Made by a program: the position numbers and the translations under genes | Shown: in pieces, positions 24,508-37,544 of the stretch | How positions within the stretch are numbered: position 1 is the stretch's first letter | Layout of the letters: each line of letters starts with the position of its first letter | The notes under the pieces: model-generated | What the model was told of the DNA's origin: nothing | The model's input: the letters and a program-made list of their open reading frames with translations, nothing else | Database searches by the model: none | Source of the DNA: Selaginella moellendorffii | Lineage: Eukaryota > Plantae > Lycopodiophyta | Assembly (NCBI RefSeq): GCF_000143415.4 | Contig: NW_003314277.1 | Location: forward strand, 911,818-975,817 | Length of the DNA stretch: 64,000 bases | Direction: 5' to 3'

Positions 24508-26972
24508 GTTATTGTGTGATTCAAGCTAAATGGTCTTCACAATAGTGATCATTACATTTTCGTTGTGACATAGAGAAACTAAGCAGAAGTCGACACATCT
24601 CTTCATATTTAATTTGGCACGTTTGTTAACTAGTATGTTTTAATTCCCAACTGGACTTGAACTGGGACCTCAAGGAGAAGAGCCTTGTCTTTAACCATAG
24701 AGCGATTTGACTGCTGAGTAGTCATAGTGGATCCACCTGAGTAGCTAAAACAGCCTTAGCTGCTCCTTAAACATGCAAAAGATCTAATCAAGTTCCTCTA
24801 GGTCTCCAAAATTTTTATGATAGAGATATACCAGGTATATTTTACCATCTAATTATAAACATGTTTTCAATTTATAAAACTTCTTAAACACATCTAAATA
24901 TATTCTAGCATATTCAATTATCTTCTATACAGGTTTAATTAATTGGTCTCCATGGTTGAGATAATTGGTTGGAGTGCAGCCATACATTTGAACCTCACAA
25001 TATAATTAATAAAATTATTTATTTATATACTTATATTTATTTTTTTATCAAATGAATGGCTTCAAATCTTAAACAGTTGTTGAGCTTGAGTATGATTTGG
25101 GGGATATGCCCAAATATACTTAAAGATGATTCCATGTGTTTGATGTAACACAATTTCAAGTGGCATTTTCAATAAAAAATAGAGTTTTTTTATTAGATTT
25201 TGAGTGTTGTAAATTCCATTGTAATATATTGCAACCACAATGGGATGCTTCACTTTTCAACTGAGGCACCATATAGAGTATGAATTATTGAGTTCCAGAG
25301 TAAAAATCAAAAGATCTATGATAATTTCAAGCTAAGTATCTCTTTAAACTTTTATTTAATCTAAATTTTTTTATATTTATCTAGATCTTTTATTTCTTCC
25401 TTTCAATTCCTTGATTTTTGGGTTAAATCAAGATTTTTGGCTTTTTTTTTTTCCATGAATCCTAAATTTGATTGATCACTATAACTTATGGACAAAGAAG
25501 CATGTTTAGCATAGTTGACATGCCAGAAATTGTAGATTGCTACCAAATAATTGTTGAAAAAAATGAGATTCCGTGATAAAAGTTAAGTTAGGGTTAGGGC
25601 AGCTACTGGCATTAGGGTTTACAAAATACCTAAATGCCACTATTTTAGATTTTAAAGCCATTTCCCTTTTCTGCCACTGTTGCCCATGATAGTGCAATAG
25701 GAAAAACTGGAAGCTAAAACTTTTGTATGGACCATCATCCCATGGTATTGTCTTTGTGACATTGCCATTGTTATATCTTGGTAACCCTAGTCATCCTCCA
25801 AATATCATTTTCCATCCTCACACATCCCATCCCATCCCATTCCCCCCCAACACATTTATGTACACCACCTTTTTCAATAATCTTTTCTTTTTAGAACTCT
25901 TTAGAGTCATTATTCCCTTCTCCATTACACTTTTATGACTCTAAAATCTCCATTTTAAAGCTTACATTCTCAATAACTGCATGGCTACCTTAGGGAGACC
26001 AAGGTGGTGGATTGCAATGTCATCACTTTTGTGTAATCAAATAGGGTCTTTTGAGTACTCCTATGTCAACTCATCTTCTCAAGCTACAACAAAGATCTCT
26101 AAGATTTTACAAATATTAAGGAGTTAAATATGGTGTGTAATTTGTAAATGAAGATTTCAAATAAAATTAAATGAGAACAAAAAAAGTCAAATAAAGTCAT
26201 ATTAATATAAACAAAGTCAAACAAGAACAAACAAATTGAAATCAAATCAAATGAGAACAAACGAAGACAAACTAAATAAAACAAAAACAAATGAAGATAA
26301 ATATAGATATGTGATTGGCTAGAAAAATTGTTTAGTAATCCAGAATATTTGGCTACATCTTCATGGCTATGGAATGGGTGAGAATGGGCTATGAATGGGG
26401 CATTTATGGGCCATCAATGCCAACTCTAGCCACTTAGAGCCCAAACTTTGTTTCTTAAAACTATTTCATTTATAAACCAATAAATTCTATTGAAAACATT
26501 TTTCCACTTAAGTTTTGGTATGAGTGGTTGAGCTTTGCAAATTTTGTCTTGAGGCCACTGGCTCTCATCCAGTACTAAAATATGTTACAACTCTAAAATA
26601 TGTTAGAGCTTTACAATGCACTATGTAAAACTGGAAGAGATCTGAATTCATAGAGGAGGTATTTGCTCCAGCTAGTGTAACGCAAGTTCTTATGCTAAGG
26701 TGGCAGCAATGAAGATGGCGTAAACGGCTTAGGGATCTTCTTCTCCTGTAATGCTTGCATTTTTCCCATTGGCTTGATGCTATTATTTTTCTTAAGAACA
26801 ATACCATGCTAGTGGAGGAGAAGAGAGAACTCCGAAAATGTTCTGCTCTGCTTCCTTACAATATTCACAGACGAGCTCTTTTGTTTTTCTTCAGAACCAA
26901 GGCAGCACGAATAGCTTGTGCTATGATTCGGAAGAATATAAATCATTCACCTCGGTGGGACAAGCAAGAATA

Positions 26973-27464
26973 ATGGAGGGCTTCCATTTGCTCTTGCTCC
27001 TCGCAGTCTCTCTCGCTTTTGCTTTTTCTTATGCAACTCCAATAAAAGTGCTGGAGTTCTACTTCCACGACAAGGTCGATCTAACCAATCCCAGCAATTC
27101 CACAGTGGTCTTCGTTGCAGGCCCAAAAAATGCCCAGTTTGGAGCGGTGTTTGTCATCGACGATGTTCTCACCAAGGGCCCTTCCCGTGACTCCGAGATT
27201 GTGGGGAGAGCCAAAGGGACGTACATCAGCGACGATTCCACCAACACCACAACCGGTTTGTTCTTAACATTTGTGGCTGTGCTCAAGGATGGGACGATGA
27301 GCATGCACGGCCAGGACAACATCTTCGATGAAGTCCGAGAGCTTGCAGTGATTGGAGGCACCGGAGCCTACAGATTTGCGTCGGGGTTTGCGCAGATGAG
27401 GACCTACAAGTTTATTCCACCGCTTTCGGCAATCGTAAGCTTTCAAGTGTTTTACAAGAGCTGA
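26973..27464 (+). CDS. DIR: Dirigent protein (copy 2, recent tandem paralog)
   Basis: Nearly identical to 23671-24162, including the upstream GAATATAA.TCATTCACCTCGG.GGGAC.AGCAAGAA. Confidence 0.93.
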   Translation: MEGFHLLLLLAVSLAFAFSYATPIKVLEFYFHDKVDLTNPSNSTVVFVAGPKNAQFGAVFVIDDVLTKGPSRDSEIVGRAKGTYISDDSTNTTTGLFLTFVAVLKDGTMSMHGQDNIFDEVRELAVIGGTGAYRFASGFAQMRTYKFIPPLSAIVSFQVFYKS

Positions 27465-27750
27465 GCGGAAAATGCAATGTTATCAAGAAGAGTGCAGTTT
27501 TACAATGAAAAGGTATTAAAACTTATCTGGTTAGTATGTTCGCTAAGAAACTTAAAGGCTCCAAAGACACGAGGAGACGTGACCTGGACGTTCTTGCGAT
27601 CAGTGGGAGGAGGAGCTCGGAAGATCGTGTCAAGATCGGTAATCTTTGGCCGGTAATCTTGTCTCTACTTCGTACTCCTCTTCGGCATAGTCGAATCCTG
27701 CCATCCACGCAGCAAACTAGTCAGTGGCGTGTGTGTGGTCTCTCTGTAGT

Positions 27751-28031
27751 TACAAAGAAAACATTGGCCAGGAACTCATCCGGTTACTAAGTGATATTCT
27801 AAGACACTTTTATCACCCCACCCAGCGCCAGTGGCCTTTGCAAGTAGTGGAAGAAGCTTTTCCTCCTAAAGCTCCAAGCCCGAAAGATCAAGTGGCTGGA
27901 CATACAAAGAAAACTTTGGCCAGGAACTTGGCAGGAGCTCACCTGGTTACTAAGTGATATTCTAAGACACCTTTATCACCAGACTTTGCAAGTTGGTGGT
28001 CCTCCCTATAAACTCCAAGCCCTAAAGATAA
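27751..28031. repeat. Imperfect ~150-170-bp direct repeat pair
   Basis: TACAAAGAAAAC.TTGGCCAGGAACT..GGTTACTAAGTGATATTCTAAGACAC.TTTATCACC..TTTGCAAGT..CTCCAAGCCC.AAAGAT occurs twice (from 27751 and 27903). Confidence 0.8.
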
Positions 28032-28690
28032 GATCTGATGAAGAAGAACAAAGGGGATCCTGGGAGGGGATATCCAGAAAGGTGGTAGGGAATAGAAGCG
28101 TGCTGGAGCGGCGGCTGAACAGGCAAGATCTGGAGGTGAAGCCTTTCTTCCCCCAAACTGAGATGATAGAGTTCAGGACGCGGCATTAGAGGCATGGCAA
28201 TGCACACCCGAGTGTAAGAAGAAGCTAGGCTATCTCCACACCAGCATTTCAACGGCCAGTTGCAAGCCACAACGCAATTAGAGGTGAGGATGTGCCAGCA
28301 TTGGAGAAGCTTGGTATCTGAGAGCAAGTGTAGATCAGTTTGGCACCTGGTTTATGACCGTCTCGCTGCGGGGCTTCAGGAACATTGCCTTTGAACTGGC
28401 TAATGATGCTGATAGAATACTCAAGGAGCTGCACGATGCGTGTGCAAGAGGCCATCATGTTCATTGAGGTTTGTGCGTTACTGCTTCAAGGGGTCGAGGT
28501 CAGGAATGAGGACCCTGTTGGAAGCTGTTGATCGAGAGCACCACAACGCTCAACGAAGATGAAGATAAGCTTTTGGAGTTCTTGTCCTTGGAGTTAATCC
28601 ATGTAAGCTGCAAGGAAGAACAAGATGCTGCCAACCCCCTTCTAGTTGTGTGTGTTGCAAGGTAGAAACAGAGATGTTTTCAATTAACAA

Positions 28691-31600
28691 TGTGAGAATT
28701 TTTTGCTCAGTAAACTTTATAGTGTTCTGGTTACATCTTTATATAGCTAACTATGATGCTAAGCTGATGTGGAGATCAGCCTGAAGTTCTTGGTGAGTGC
28801 TATCGCAGACATATTATCACACCACAGCTTGACTGAGTGTGATATCACTCCCATGTCTTGGAGCAGCCTCTGGAGCCACGTAGCCTCCTTTGCAGCAGCA
28901 GCAGCACCCACATACTCCGCCTCTGTGCTTGGAGCTTGTTGAGCTCTCACCTCTGGAATATCGCAGAGATAAGTTTCTCAAGGACTTTCACTTCATTCAG
29001 GAATAGGTTAAAAAAGGTGCAATTCTCTTGGAGTTTGCCCAACAGCCTTGATGGTGGCTGATCAATTTCTCATATCAAGCATGAAATCTTCCAGAAGCAA
29101 CTCCGGCTAGCTAACTACACTTTCCTTGAGGGGAGTGTGGGAAAACACAAGATCACCACGTCAGCGATCAGTTCCAGAAACGTACCGCATGATCCGCTTA
29201 GTCACTGCCCAGTGAGCTAGTGTTGGATGGTCCAGGTACTTTGCCGTACAGCCCACGGAGAAAGCAAGATCAGGTCGGCTTGAAACCACCAGGTAGATTA
29301 AACTCTGATAATGGATCGATCCAATTCTCCTCCTCGGGAGCTGGATCATCTGGAGTTGCTTTGGAAAGCTTGGTGCCAGCTTCCACAAGTGTAGCAACGG
29401 GGTTGGCATGAATCATAAAGTACCTCCCAAGGACATCAGTGATGTATTTGGCCTGAGAAAGTTCCAGAATCCCACGTTGTCTATGTTTGTGAACTTGGAT
29501 GCGCAAGCAGTAGTGTAGCTACACTACACTTGCTACACTTGTGGAAGCTGGCACCAAGCTTTACAAAGCAACTCCAGATGATCCAGCTCCCGAAGAGGAG
29601 AATTGGTGGCTCTATCGATCCATTATCAGAGCTTAATCTACCTGGTGGTTTCAAGCCGACCTGATCTTGCTTTCTCCGTGGGCTGTACGGCAAAGTACCT
29701 GGACCATCCAACACTAGCTCACTGGGCAGCTAGCTCACTGGGCAGTGACTAAGCTTGCCAAGATCAGTCATCTCAAACCGTGAGAAGAGAGACTTCTTGA
29801 TCTGGTTGAGAAGACAAAGCTGGTTGGAGGCAAGTATGGTATCATCTACATAGAAAGCCAGGAAGAGAAAGCCACGGCCCTGCTTGTATATGTATAGATT
29901 TGTGTCTACCGAAGCCAAGCGAACTTAGATAAGAATTAATTTTGTTCTACCACATGCGGGAGGCAGTATAGAGCTTTATTTAGCTGACATACTAGATGCT
30001 CTTGGCCAGCGCGCACAAAACCGGGAGGTTGAGCTATGTAGACCTCTTCATGGAGGTTGCCATTGAGGAATGCATTTCTCACGTTGAGCTGATGAAGCTC
30101 CAGGTCGAGCTCTATAGCCAGGGTTAAGAGCAAATAAATGGTAGTGAGTTATACCGTTGGGTTGTATGTTTTGGTAAAGTGAACTTGAGAGAAACCGCAA
30201 GCTACAAAATATACTTTGTAACGTTCCACTGTGCTATCAGCTTTGTACTGCATTTAAACAGCCACTTGGCTGAAACGGGCCTGGAGGAAGAGGGACCAGT
30301 GTCCAGGTCTGATTCTTCTGGAGTGACTCATACTCCTCTTGCATTGCCTATTGCCAAACTTCTGCCCCAAAATTATTGAGTGCAGCATTAAAGCTGTCAG
30401 GTTCAAGCACAGCATGCATGGCCCAGTAGAAAGGACCACGACGAGTAGTGCAAGTTGGAGCCATGGCTTTTGCTTCCTAAGCTTTGGTAGAGAGCTTGAT
30501 TCTTCGTCAGAGTGTGTTATAGTTCACTAGTTACTAACTAGAGGAGGTGAAGTGGTCATCATCACGTGTGGTGGAGGAAGAACCTCATCACCTTCCATGA
30601 TGCTCTCCACAAGAGTATGGATGGTTTGATCTTCAGTCTCCTGGGCAACAGAAGGGCCAGAAAGAGTAAGTGACAAAGAGGCACTGTCAAAGCTGTATGG
30701 AAGTACCAAGAATGGGAAGTGCTACTCCTCTTGGAGGTATGGCAGCTCTCTATGGATTGATAGGGACTCCTCCTTGATTGCTAGGCACTCCTCCTTGAGC
30801 CAGAGAAATGGGCAGCACGAGGGGCTCAGGAATGTTGTCTAGGATAAGTGAAAGATCCACCATCTAGTCAAAGTTCGTGGAGATAGACAAATACTATATC
30901 GTGGCTTGTTACGTTAAAGTTGTAATGCCTGTAGGCCTTCATCTGATCATAGGAAGAAACATTTCTCACTCTTGGGATCGAGTTTTTTCCTGTGCGCGTT
31001 AGGAATGTGGGCATACGCCACACACCCAAAAATGCGTAGATGACCTAATTTGGATACAGTGCTTCTCCCCAGAATGCGTAAGGACGTCCAGAGTGCTGAA
31101 ACATACAGTGTGTGCTCTCCAGAAGAGTTCTGTTGGCACGCTTAGCAACGCGGGCGCCAGTACGGACGTTTGGTTGGTTGACCTTTCCCTTTTACCCCTG
31201 CCATTTTGCCAAGGGCTATAAGCAGTAAAGTATTGGCCTTGGAATTCATTGGAGATGAATTCCCCTCCACTATCTGTGCGATATACCTTGACCTTCCTGG
31301 CAGTCTATGCCCAGGTCTTATAGGCTTTGATGCTATGCCAATAGAAAGAATTGTTTGATCAGCTCCTGGAACATGGAACATCCTCTCGAGGTGTCTGCGT
31401 GAGCCATTAGGAAGCTTGATGACCACTGTTCCATGCCCAGCGACTGTGAGGCCTCTTTTGTCCCCCACGTACACCTGTTTCAAGGTCTCCAACGCTGTGG
31501 AAGTGTGGAAGAGGTGTGATGTGCATTGAAGCCCCTGAATCCATCCAGAGAGTGATTCCTGGGATGAGCAGACGGTCATCATCAACAGAGGATCAGGTTG

Positions 31601-32510
31601 CGATGTCCCATCTTGCCGCAGTTCCTAGTAGTGTTTGCCCCAGATTGAGAAGAAGAGGTGTTGGGCTTCTGCAAGAATGCCTCTTTCTTCTTGTCTCCAG
31701 AGGGCTTGCTACCGATGTACAAGGCCTGCTCACGAGCATCCCGAGAGGCCTGACTACGTTCCTTCATCTTGCGCTCTTCTTCCAGCAAACAGTCCCAAGT
31801 GTTTGACCCGGAATGAATGAGAGCATGGACGAGAACTGCTGTAGCTCTGGGGTGATAGAGCAGAGAATCAGCGCCTTGGCTTGTTCTTCAGAGACGGGCG
31901 GCCCAGCCTCTTTGAGTTCAGCCATGAGACCACGAAGCTTGCCGATGTAGGTCGCAATAGCGTCTTTTGGATCTATGCACATGTTCAGGAATTTCTGGGT
32001 AAGCGTCACTTCAGCATTCTCAGCCCTGGCCGAGAAAACAGCAAGAAGAGCATCCCGGTTTGCGTGTGCATCCTTTGCGAGATCAAGCAAGTGTATGTAC
32101 TCATCGCCCAATCTAAGTCCAACCACAAATAGCGCCTTGCAATTGCGACTCTCCCATGCCGGTTGAAGTGCGAGGTCCATAGGTTTACGCTCTGTTCCGT
32201 CCACGATACAGCAGTCCTTAGCAAGGAGGATAAGTTGGACTTTGGTACGCCATGTCGCAAAGTTTGTCCCCATGAATTTGTTAAGCATCTTCGCCCAACC
32301 GTCCCAGTTTCCAGGAGACGAGCCTGAATTTGCAGGAGGTGGAGGAGGAGGTGGATTAGAGGAAGACCCAGCCATTGTTAAAATCTAGAAAAAATCTAGT
32401 AACAAGGTGGTGGTGGAGACTGGTCTATGGTCTGGCGCATCGGATTGGCCATTGGATCATTTCAACTCGATATCATGTAAGAATTTTCTGCTCAATTAAT
32501 TTCATAACGT
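28691..32510 (-). mobile_element. Decayed, rearranged Ty1/Copia retrotransposon
   Basis: Gag 31764-32375 (NFATWRTKVQLIL), zinc-knuckle remnant, integrase (HLRIFGCVAYAHIP), RT (LNVRNAFLNGNLHEEVYIAQPPGF, FYVDDT) and RNase H (STEAEY, WCDNMSAIAL). LTR remnants TGT.AGAATTTT.TGCTCA at 28691 and 32476; degenerate PBS at ~32465-32475. Confidence 0.88.
29196..29754. repeat. Long inverted duplication inside the Copia RT region
   Basis: Arm 29196-29397 is the reverse complement of 29530-29754. The same peptide (DGPGTLPYSPRRKQDQVGLKPPGRL) appears on both strands in the ORF track. Confidence 0.92.
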
Positions 32511-32520
32511 ATCGAAAGTG

Positions 32521-33500
32521 TGCTTCGTCCTGGGTGGAGCAACCTCGCGTTGACAATAACATGAAAAATCCAGGTAAGTTCTTTAGTGTCCTTTGTGAGA
32601 CCAGTTCTAAGGCATCATCTCCCTTTTTTGTCGACCTTGACCCTCTCGCACACCCTAAAACTTTATTTTCGCGCTCTACAAATTCGCCAGCATTGCAGCT
32701 AGAGATCACTTCCTCGAGGAATCCTGCATTTTCGAAGGAATTTATTCTCCTATGGAGGTCAGCTTAGAATTCTGGAGCTCTAATTCAAGTGTTGCGACAT
32801 AGCGAAGCGGATGATGATGTGTTTTTTTTATCCGTGTTTCTTCTCGTTTTCGTTCCATATAACACAGGGGAAAGCTGGCGGGGCTCTTCTACGACCAGTT
32901 CTCGTGAAAGAACCTGGTACTCAGCAACCAGACCTTGGCATAACGATCACTCGTATTGGCAGCTTTCCGGTGACCAAGTTATCTCCGTTTAATTGCAAAC
33001 AGATACACAAGTGGAAACTTCTTCACAGTAACGTCAAAAAGAAAAGTGGAATACACTAATGACTGCGTGTCACTGTTCTGTATCTATTTGCCGGATTGCT
33101 TCTTTCTCAAGATGACTACAAGAGCGACATGACAGCTTCCTTTGACGAGGTCAGAACTAGAAGGGATCTCATCGGTTTGTTGAGGTCCAACCATCGCAGC
33201 TCACGCTTCTTAAATGGGATATGGAGCCCGAAGGCCTCATTTGCTGTCCACGGTGCTCTAGGGATTGGAGAAGACAGTAAAAAGCGACGGGGCTTCGTTG
33301 CGTTGGCGAAAGAGTCAAGTTTGATCCCCGGCCCGGGAATAAATGTCATGTTTCCAGAGCGTGTGCTTCGTGCTCCTTCCTTACCACTTTTAGTGACACT
33401 TGCAGGTACAATACTACGTGTGCTTAAAGCCGGATAGATGCCGCGCTCCTACCGGGTGAGTCTAAGGATTCACATTTATTTCCACAGGTTTGCTAAGTAA
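32521..33500 (+). pseudogene. Pseudogene copy of the PhyH dioxygenase
   Basis: Exon and intron homology to 22100-23225 (SSWVEQ..NNMKNPG, VKEPGT, PWHNDHSYWQLSGDQVISV, LLKWDMEP, FDPRPG) with deletions and frameshifts. Confidence 0.9.
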
Positions 33501-33545
33501 AAAGTTTACCTTCTTTCGGAGATAAACTTCCTGAATCCAGATATC

Positions 33546-33920
33546 ATTTACTTGCCTCGATTTTGCGGCAGTGGTCAACGTTCGTCCAGCAGCTCTCATC
33601 AACCACCTTGTCCTCGGGACGATCCGGGTCAACCATGACCGCTGCGCCGGAGGAGGTCATCACCACTCCCTTGATCTTCTCCTCGCTGCAAGCACGGATC
33701 AAATTCTCCGTTCCAGTGATTGCTGGGACCAACACATCCTGGCAGAAAAAAAAACTCAGAAAATTTCTCATCGCCCACGAGCAAAACCAGCTAGATTCTT
33801 ACATCTGGGGTGTCAAACTTCCAGAAGAAGGGGCAGGCTGTGTGGAAGACGGCCTCACAGCCCCGGACTGCCGGGACAATGGCTTCCACACAATGTACTT
33901 GTCAAAGGTCTCGCATATGT
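33546..33920 (-). pseudogene. Cinnamoyl-CoA reductase/DFR-like SDR fragment (2 internal exons)
   Basis: AVRGCEAVFHTACP and DVLVPAITGTENLIRACSEEKIKGVVMTSSGAAV..PDR...VVDESCWT. No N-terminal GxxGxxG exon and no YxxxK exon seen. Confidence 0.8.
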
Positions 33921-34213
33921 TAGACTGATCACTTAATACCAGATAAGAGCGAGCTCCAGTCATCCAAGTTTTCCCTGTGACCACAAAATGAAAGTGCTAC
34001 ACCAAGAGACCTGCAAGCGGCCACATTTGTACACAAAGCCTACGATGGCAAAACATATTCGTACTACTTGTAGAGGATTCAAGTTCAGGTAAGGCAACAC
34101 AGCAACACATAAACAGACGATTGAAGCGTCTTTTTTCCTAAACCATTGTTTTGTCAAGTTTTGATTGAGCAGTTGCGAAACGAAAACTATACCTCGTGCT
34201 TTATTGCGTCTCC

Positions 34214-36418
34214 TTTCTACCAAGGTGCAGGCTGTCCGCGAGAAGCACGAACTCTACAAAAGAAAAACAAAGAACAAAAACGGACAAAAAAGATGGAATG
34301 GAAATACTCAGGTATCTTGCACTTATCAATCCAAAACCGATCTTATAGCTCTCAAACTTTGCAGTGAATCAAGCTTCTGAGAAAAGAAATGCTGGTAGTG
34401 ACGCTCAAGTGGCAGCATTAGAGAAGACTCGATCGAGCAAAGTGCTGCATTGCATCGTTGGTGATGCGGAAATGAGGAGAAAGATCTGAGAGATGCAATT
34501 CCTCTGTACTCTCCAGATAGAGATGGAGGGCACGGCTAAGTTGTCTCCTTTCGTTTCTATTTTGTTCTTCTTTTCTACAGAAACTCTCTTTACTTTCTTT
34601 GTCATTGTCAATTGGGAGTGGACGGAGTGACCCATCTCCAAAGCTTTCCAGAGATTAAATCTAATCACGACGTGGACCGGCTAAACAATTCGTATATCAA
34701 TTATAATAAACTCATGGGCTTAGGACAACTTACTATAAAACCACTATATTCTCTTTAAATATGTACTTTTTCATAGTGTGTTAGTTTTACATAGGAAAAA
34801 TGAAAGAAAGATTGGCTGGGGATCATCCTAGATGAAAAACTTCATATTTTCTGGCAAAACATATCATGAATGGCAAGATTCAAACCTATGGGGATGTGCA
34901 GAGGAGTCATAGCTGCAAGTAACATTGAGCCTTCATATTCAAAGAGTACTTATTTAACCTTTATGAGACATTAGAGAATGTATATATATATAACATGTGT
35001 AGATAAAGCCCACATTTTTAGTCATGTTTTGTATGATTCAAGATACAATCAGATTTTCATTGTGATATGGAAACAACCATTATCACATTTTCATGATATA
35101 GAGAAAAACCAACCTCCTAGTCCCAAAAGTCTACCTTTTTGTCCCCTAAGATAGGTTTGCTAGAGTAGAGTGACAATGACAAGCTTATTACTGAACCAAG
35201 TTGTCAAAGATTACATCAATCTTGACCTTACTTCCTTTGACTTGTTTGTGCTGCTCAGCTGATCACACAACTTTGAGATCTATTCACGATAAGTACTATG
35301 AATGTTTGAGCTTTGCAAGTTTGTCTCTTGCGTTTTGTTTCTTCAAGTACTTTCTCAGCACTTAAAAGCTCTCTGTGGTTCCAGAGAAAACTTTGGTGGA
35401 GACTGGAGCTGGCTCTCATCGGATACTAAGTGACAACTCTAAGCAAACACTAGACCTTTCTTGACAGGTACAATGCACTACGTGTGGCCCAAAACCGGAA
35501 AAGATCTGGAAGGAAGTGCTTTCTCTGCTAGTGTCAGGCAAGTTCTTGTGCTATCAGCCATGCCGTACTTTAATGCTCACAAATCGAGAGAGCTTGGATG
35601 AATTCGCAATGCTCTTTTTTCTTGGTTATAATTTAAGCTCTTGAATTGTACGATGGTTGATTCATCTCCTGATGACTTTATTCTTCTAACCATTTGCTCA
35701 ATGGTTCATTTTCATTCGTGCAGCGAGTAATTTAGATTTGGACTAATTCGATTGGAGCAGTGGTGTGAGCGAGTTTAGATCTGGACTAAAACTATGATTC
35801 GTGCTATAAAGAATTGGTTACGCTTTTTTTTAATACCAAGTTGCAGGTTGTCCGTGAGGAGCACGAACTTTTTGTCAGTGGTACTTAAAAATTGGCTGTC
35901 ACAGTTTTTACTTGATCCCTAGCTGCTGGTCAGAAGAAGCGATGAATCTCTACAAGTTTACAAAGGGGACAAAAAGAAGGCATGGAAAAACTCAGGTACC
36001 TTTCAATCTTATAGTTATACCTATCAATCCCAAACCGATCTTATAGCTCTTAAATTTTGCAGGGGATCAAAATCAAGCTTTTAAGCTCTTTCAACATATA
36101 GAAGCAAGAAGAAAAAATAATGAAAGAAGAGCTTTCGCAATGCTGATAGTGACGCTCAAGTGGCAGCATTAGCGAAAACTGGATCGAGCAAAGTGCTGCA
36201 TTGCATCTTTGGTGATATCGAAATGAGGACGAAGATCTGCGAGGTGCAATTCCACTGTACCCTCCAAGGAGAGAGATCCCATCCAAATGTTCTTTCTTTC
36301 CTCTAAAAACCCTCTTTTAACTTTCTCCTTTGTCCTTGTCAGTGGACAGAGTGACCCCATCTCCAAAGCTTTCCAGAGATTAAATTTAATCACCCCCGAC
36401 GTGGACCGGCTAAACAAT
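34214..36418. repeat. Dispersed ~500-bp duplication (34214-34688 and 35833-36418), decayed exon-like sequence
   Basis: Shared blocks TGCAGG.TGTCCG.GAG.AGCACGAACT, CAATCC.AAACCGATCTTATAGCTCT, GTGACGCTCAAGTGGCAGCATTAG, CCATCTCCAAAGCTTTCCAGAGATTAAAT and CGACGTGGACCGGCTAAACAAT. Confidence 0.85.
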
Positions 36419-37047
36419 GCTTAAATCAATTGTATTTAAATTCCGGGTTTCGGACAGACCATTATAAATAAGATAAACATTTCATTAAGATAATAACTAT
36501 TAAACAAATCTAGTGATACTTTTTGCCCTTTCAGGCGCATGGATGACTAAGTATAGGCCTAGGCATGTACTTTTTTTAAGGAAAGAGTAAATTTATCTCT
36601 TTGTTTGATAGTGTGTTAATTTAGTAAAGGTTGGAAGTGGTAAATTTCTTTTTCTTTTCCGTTTTTTACGACCCAGTGCTCTACAGCGAATGAGCTCAAT
36701 CATTGTTTATATGAGAAAACAATGCAAGGGAAGAAGCGAAAAAGGAAAACTGGGAGAAGAAGACGAAGAATTGGTGGGAGATTTCTCTTTTTTTTTTACT
36801 GTTTTTTTTCCTCTCTTTTGCTCCTCTCTTTTGCTCGAATCTTCGCTGGGGAGGCGAGCGGGCGCCATGGATTGAGCGCCCAAATGATCGAAGCGGCGGC
36901 CTTGATGGCGAGAGCGTCTTGATCGAAGCTTTCCTGGCTTTTGGGTTGGATGGTGTTCTTGCGTTTCAGTTTTCTGGGGTTTTTGGCTGTGGCGGACAAG
37001 GCAACGAAGAAGAAGAAGAATGCTTATCAGTGCTGCCACTGCTGCTG

Positions 37048-37147
37048 NNNNNNNNNNNNNNNNNNNNNNNNNNNNNNNNNNNNNNNNNNNNNNNNNNNNN
37101 NNNNNNNNNNNNNNNNNNNNNNNNNNNNNNNNNNNNNNNNNNNNNNN
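37048..37147. other. Assembly gap (100 N) within a CTG/CAG/CAT-rich stretch
   Basis: Run of 100 N flanked by (GCT)n and (CAT)n(CAG)n. Confidence 0.99.
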
Positions 37148-37544
37148 TCCAGCAGCATGATCATCATCATCATCATCAGCAGCAGCCAGACCATCCAAAA
37201 AATGGTGAGTTTTTCCTCCTTTTTCTTGAAGAGATACTCGCCGGATTGATTGATTCAATGCTCTATACTCCTTGTTTCGCTTTGTCTGTGTGTTGACTTC
37301 TGGAAATCGCGACAAAAGGAACTTCTCTGTGTCCATGGCTGGAATTCTTACAAGAAATGCTTACTTTCTGAGATATGTTTATCTTGGCTCTGGTTTGCTT
37401 GTGGTTTTTACGTTTTCTGCTTCGATCTCCCAGAGTTTGTAGTTGACAAAATTGAATTTTTTTTCTTTCACATAGAACTTCGAGTACACATCTCGAGCAG
37501 CACCACTCCACAGCAGGATCCGCCGCCACCATCTTTCAGCTTGA

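Noticed and set aside
24780-26520. AT-rich block with AAACAA/AAGTCAA-type repeats as a MITE or Helitron
   Set aside because: No terminal structures could be identified.
34214-34520. Cytochrome P450-like fragment (VQAVREKHEL..W)
   Set aside because: No ExxR, PERF or heme motif nearby; the resemblance is too short.
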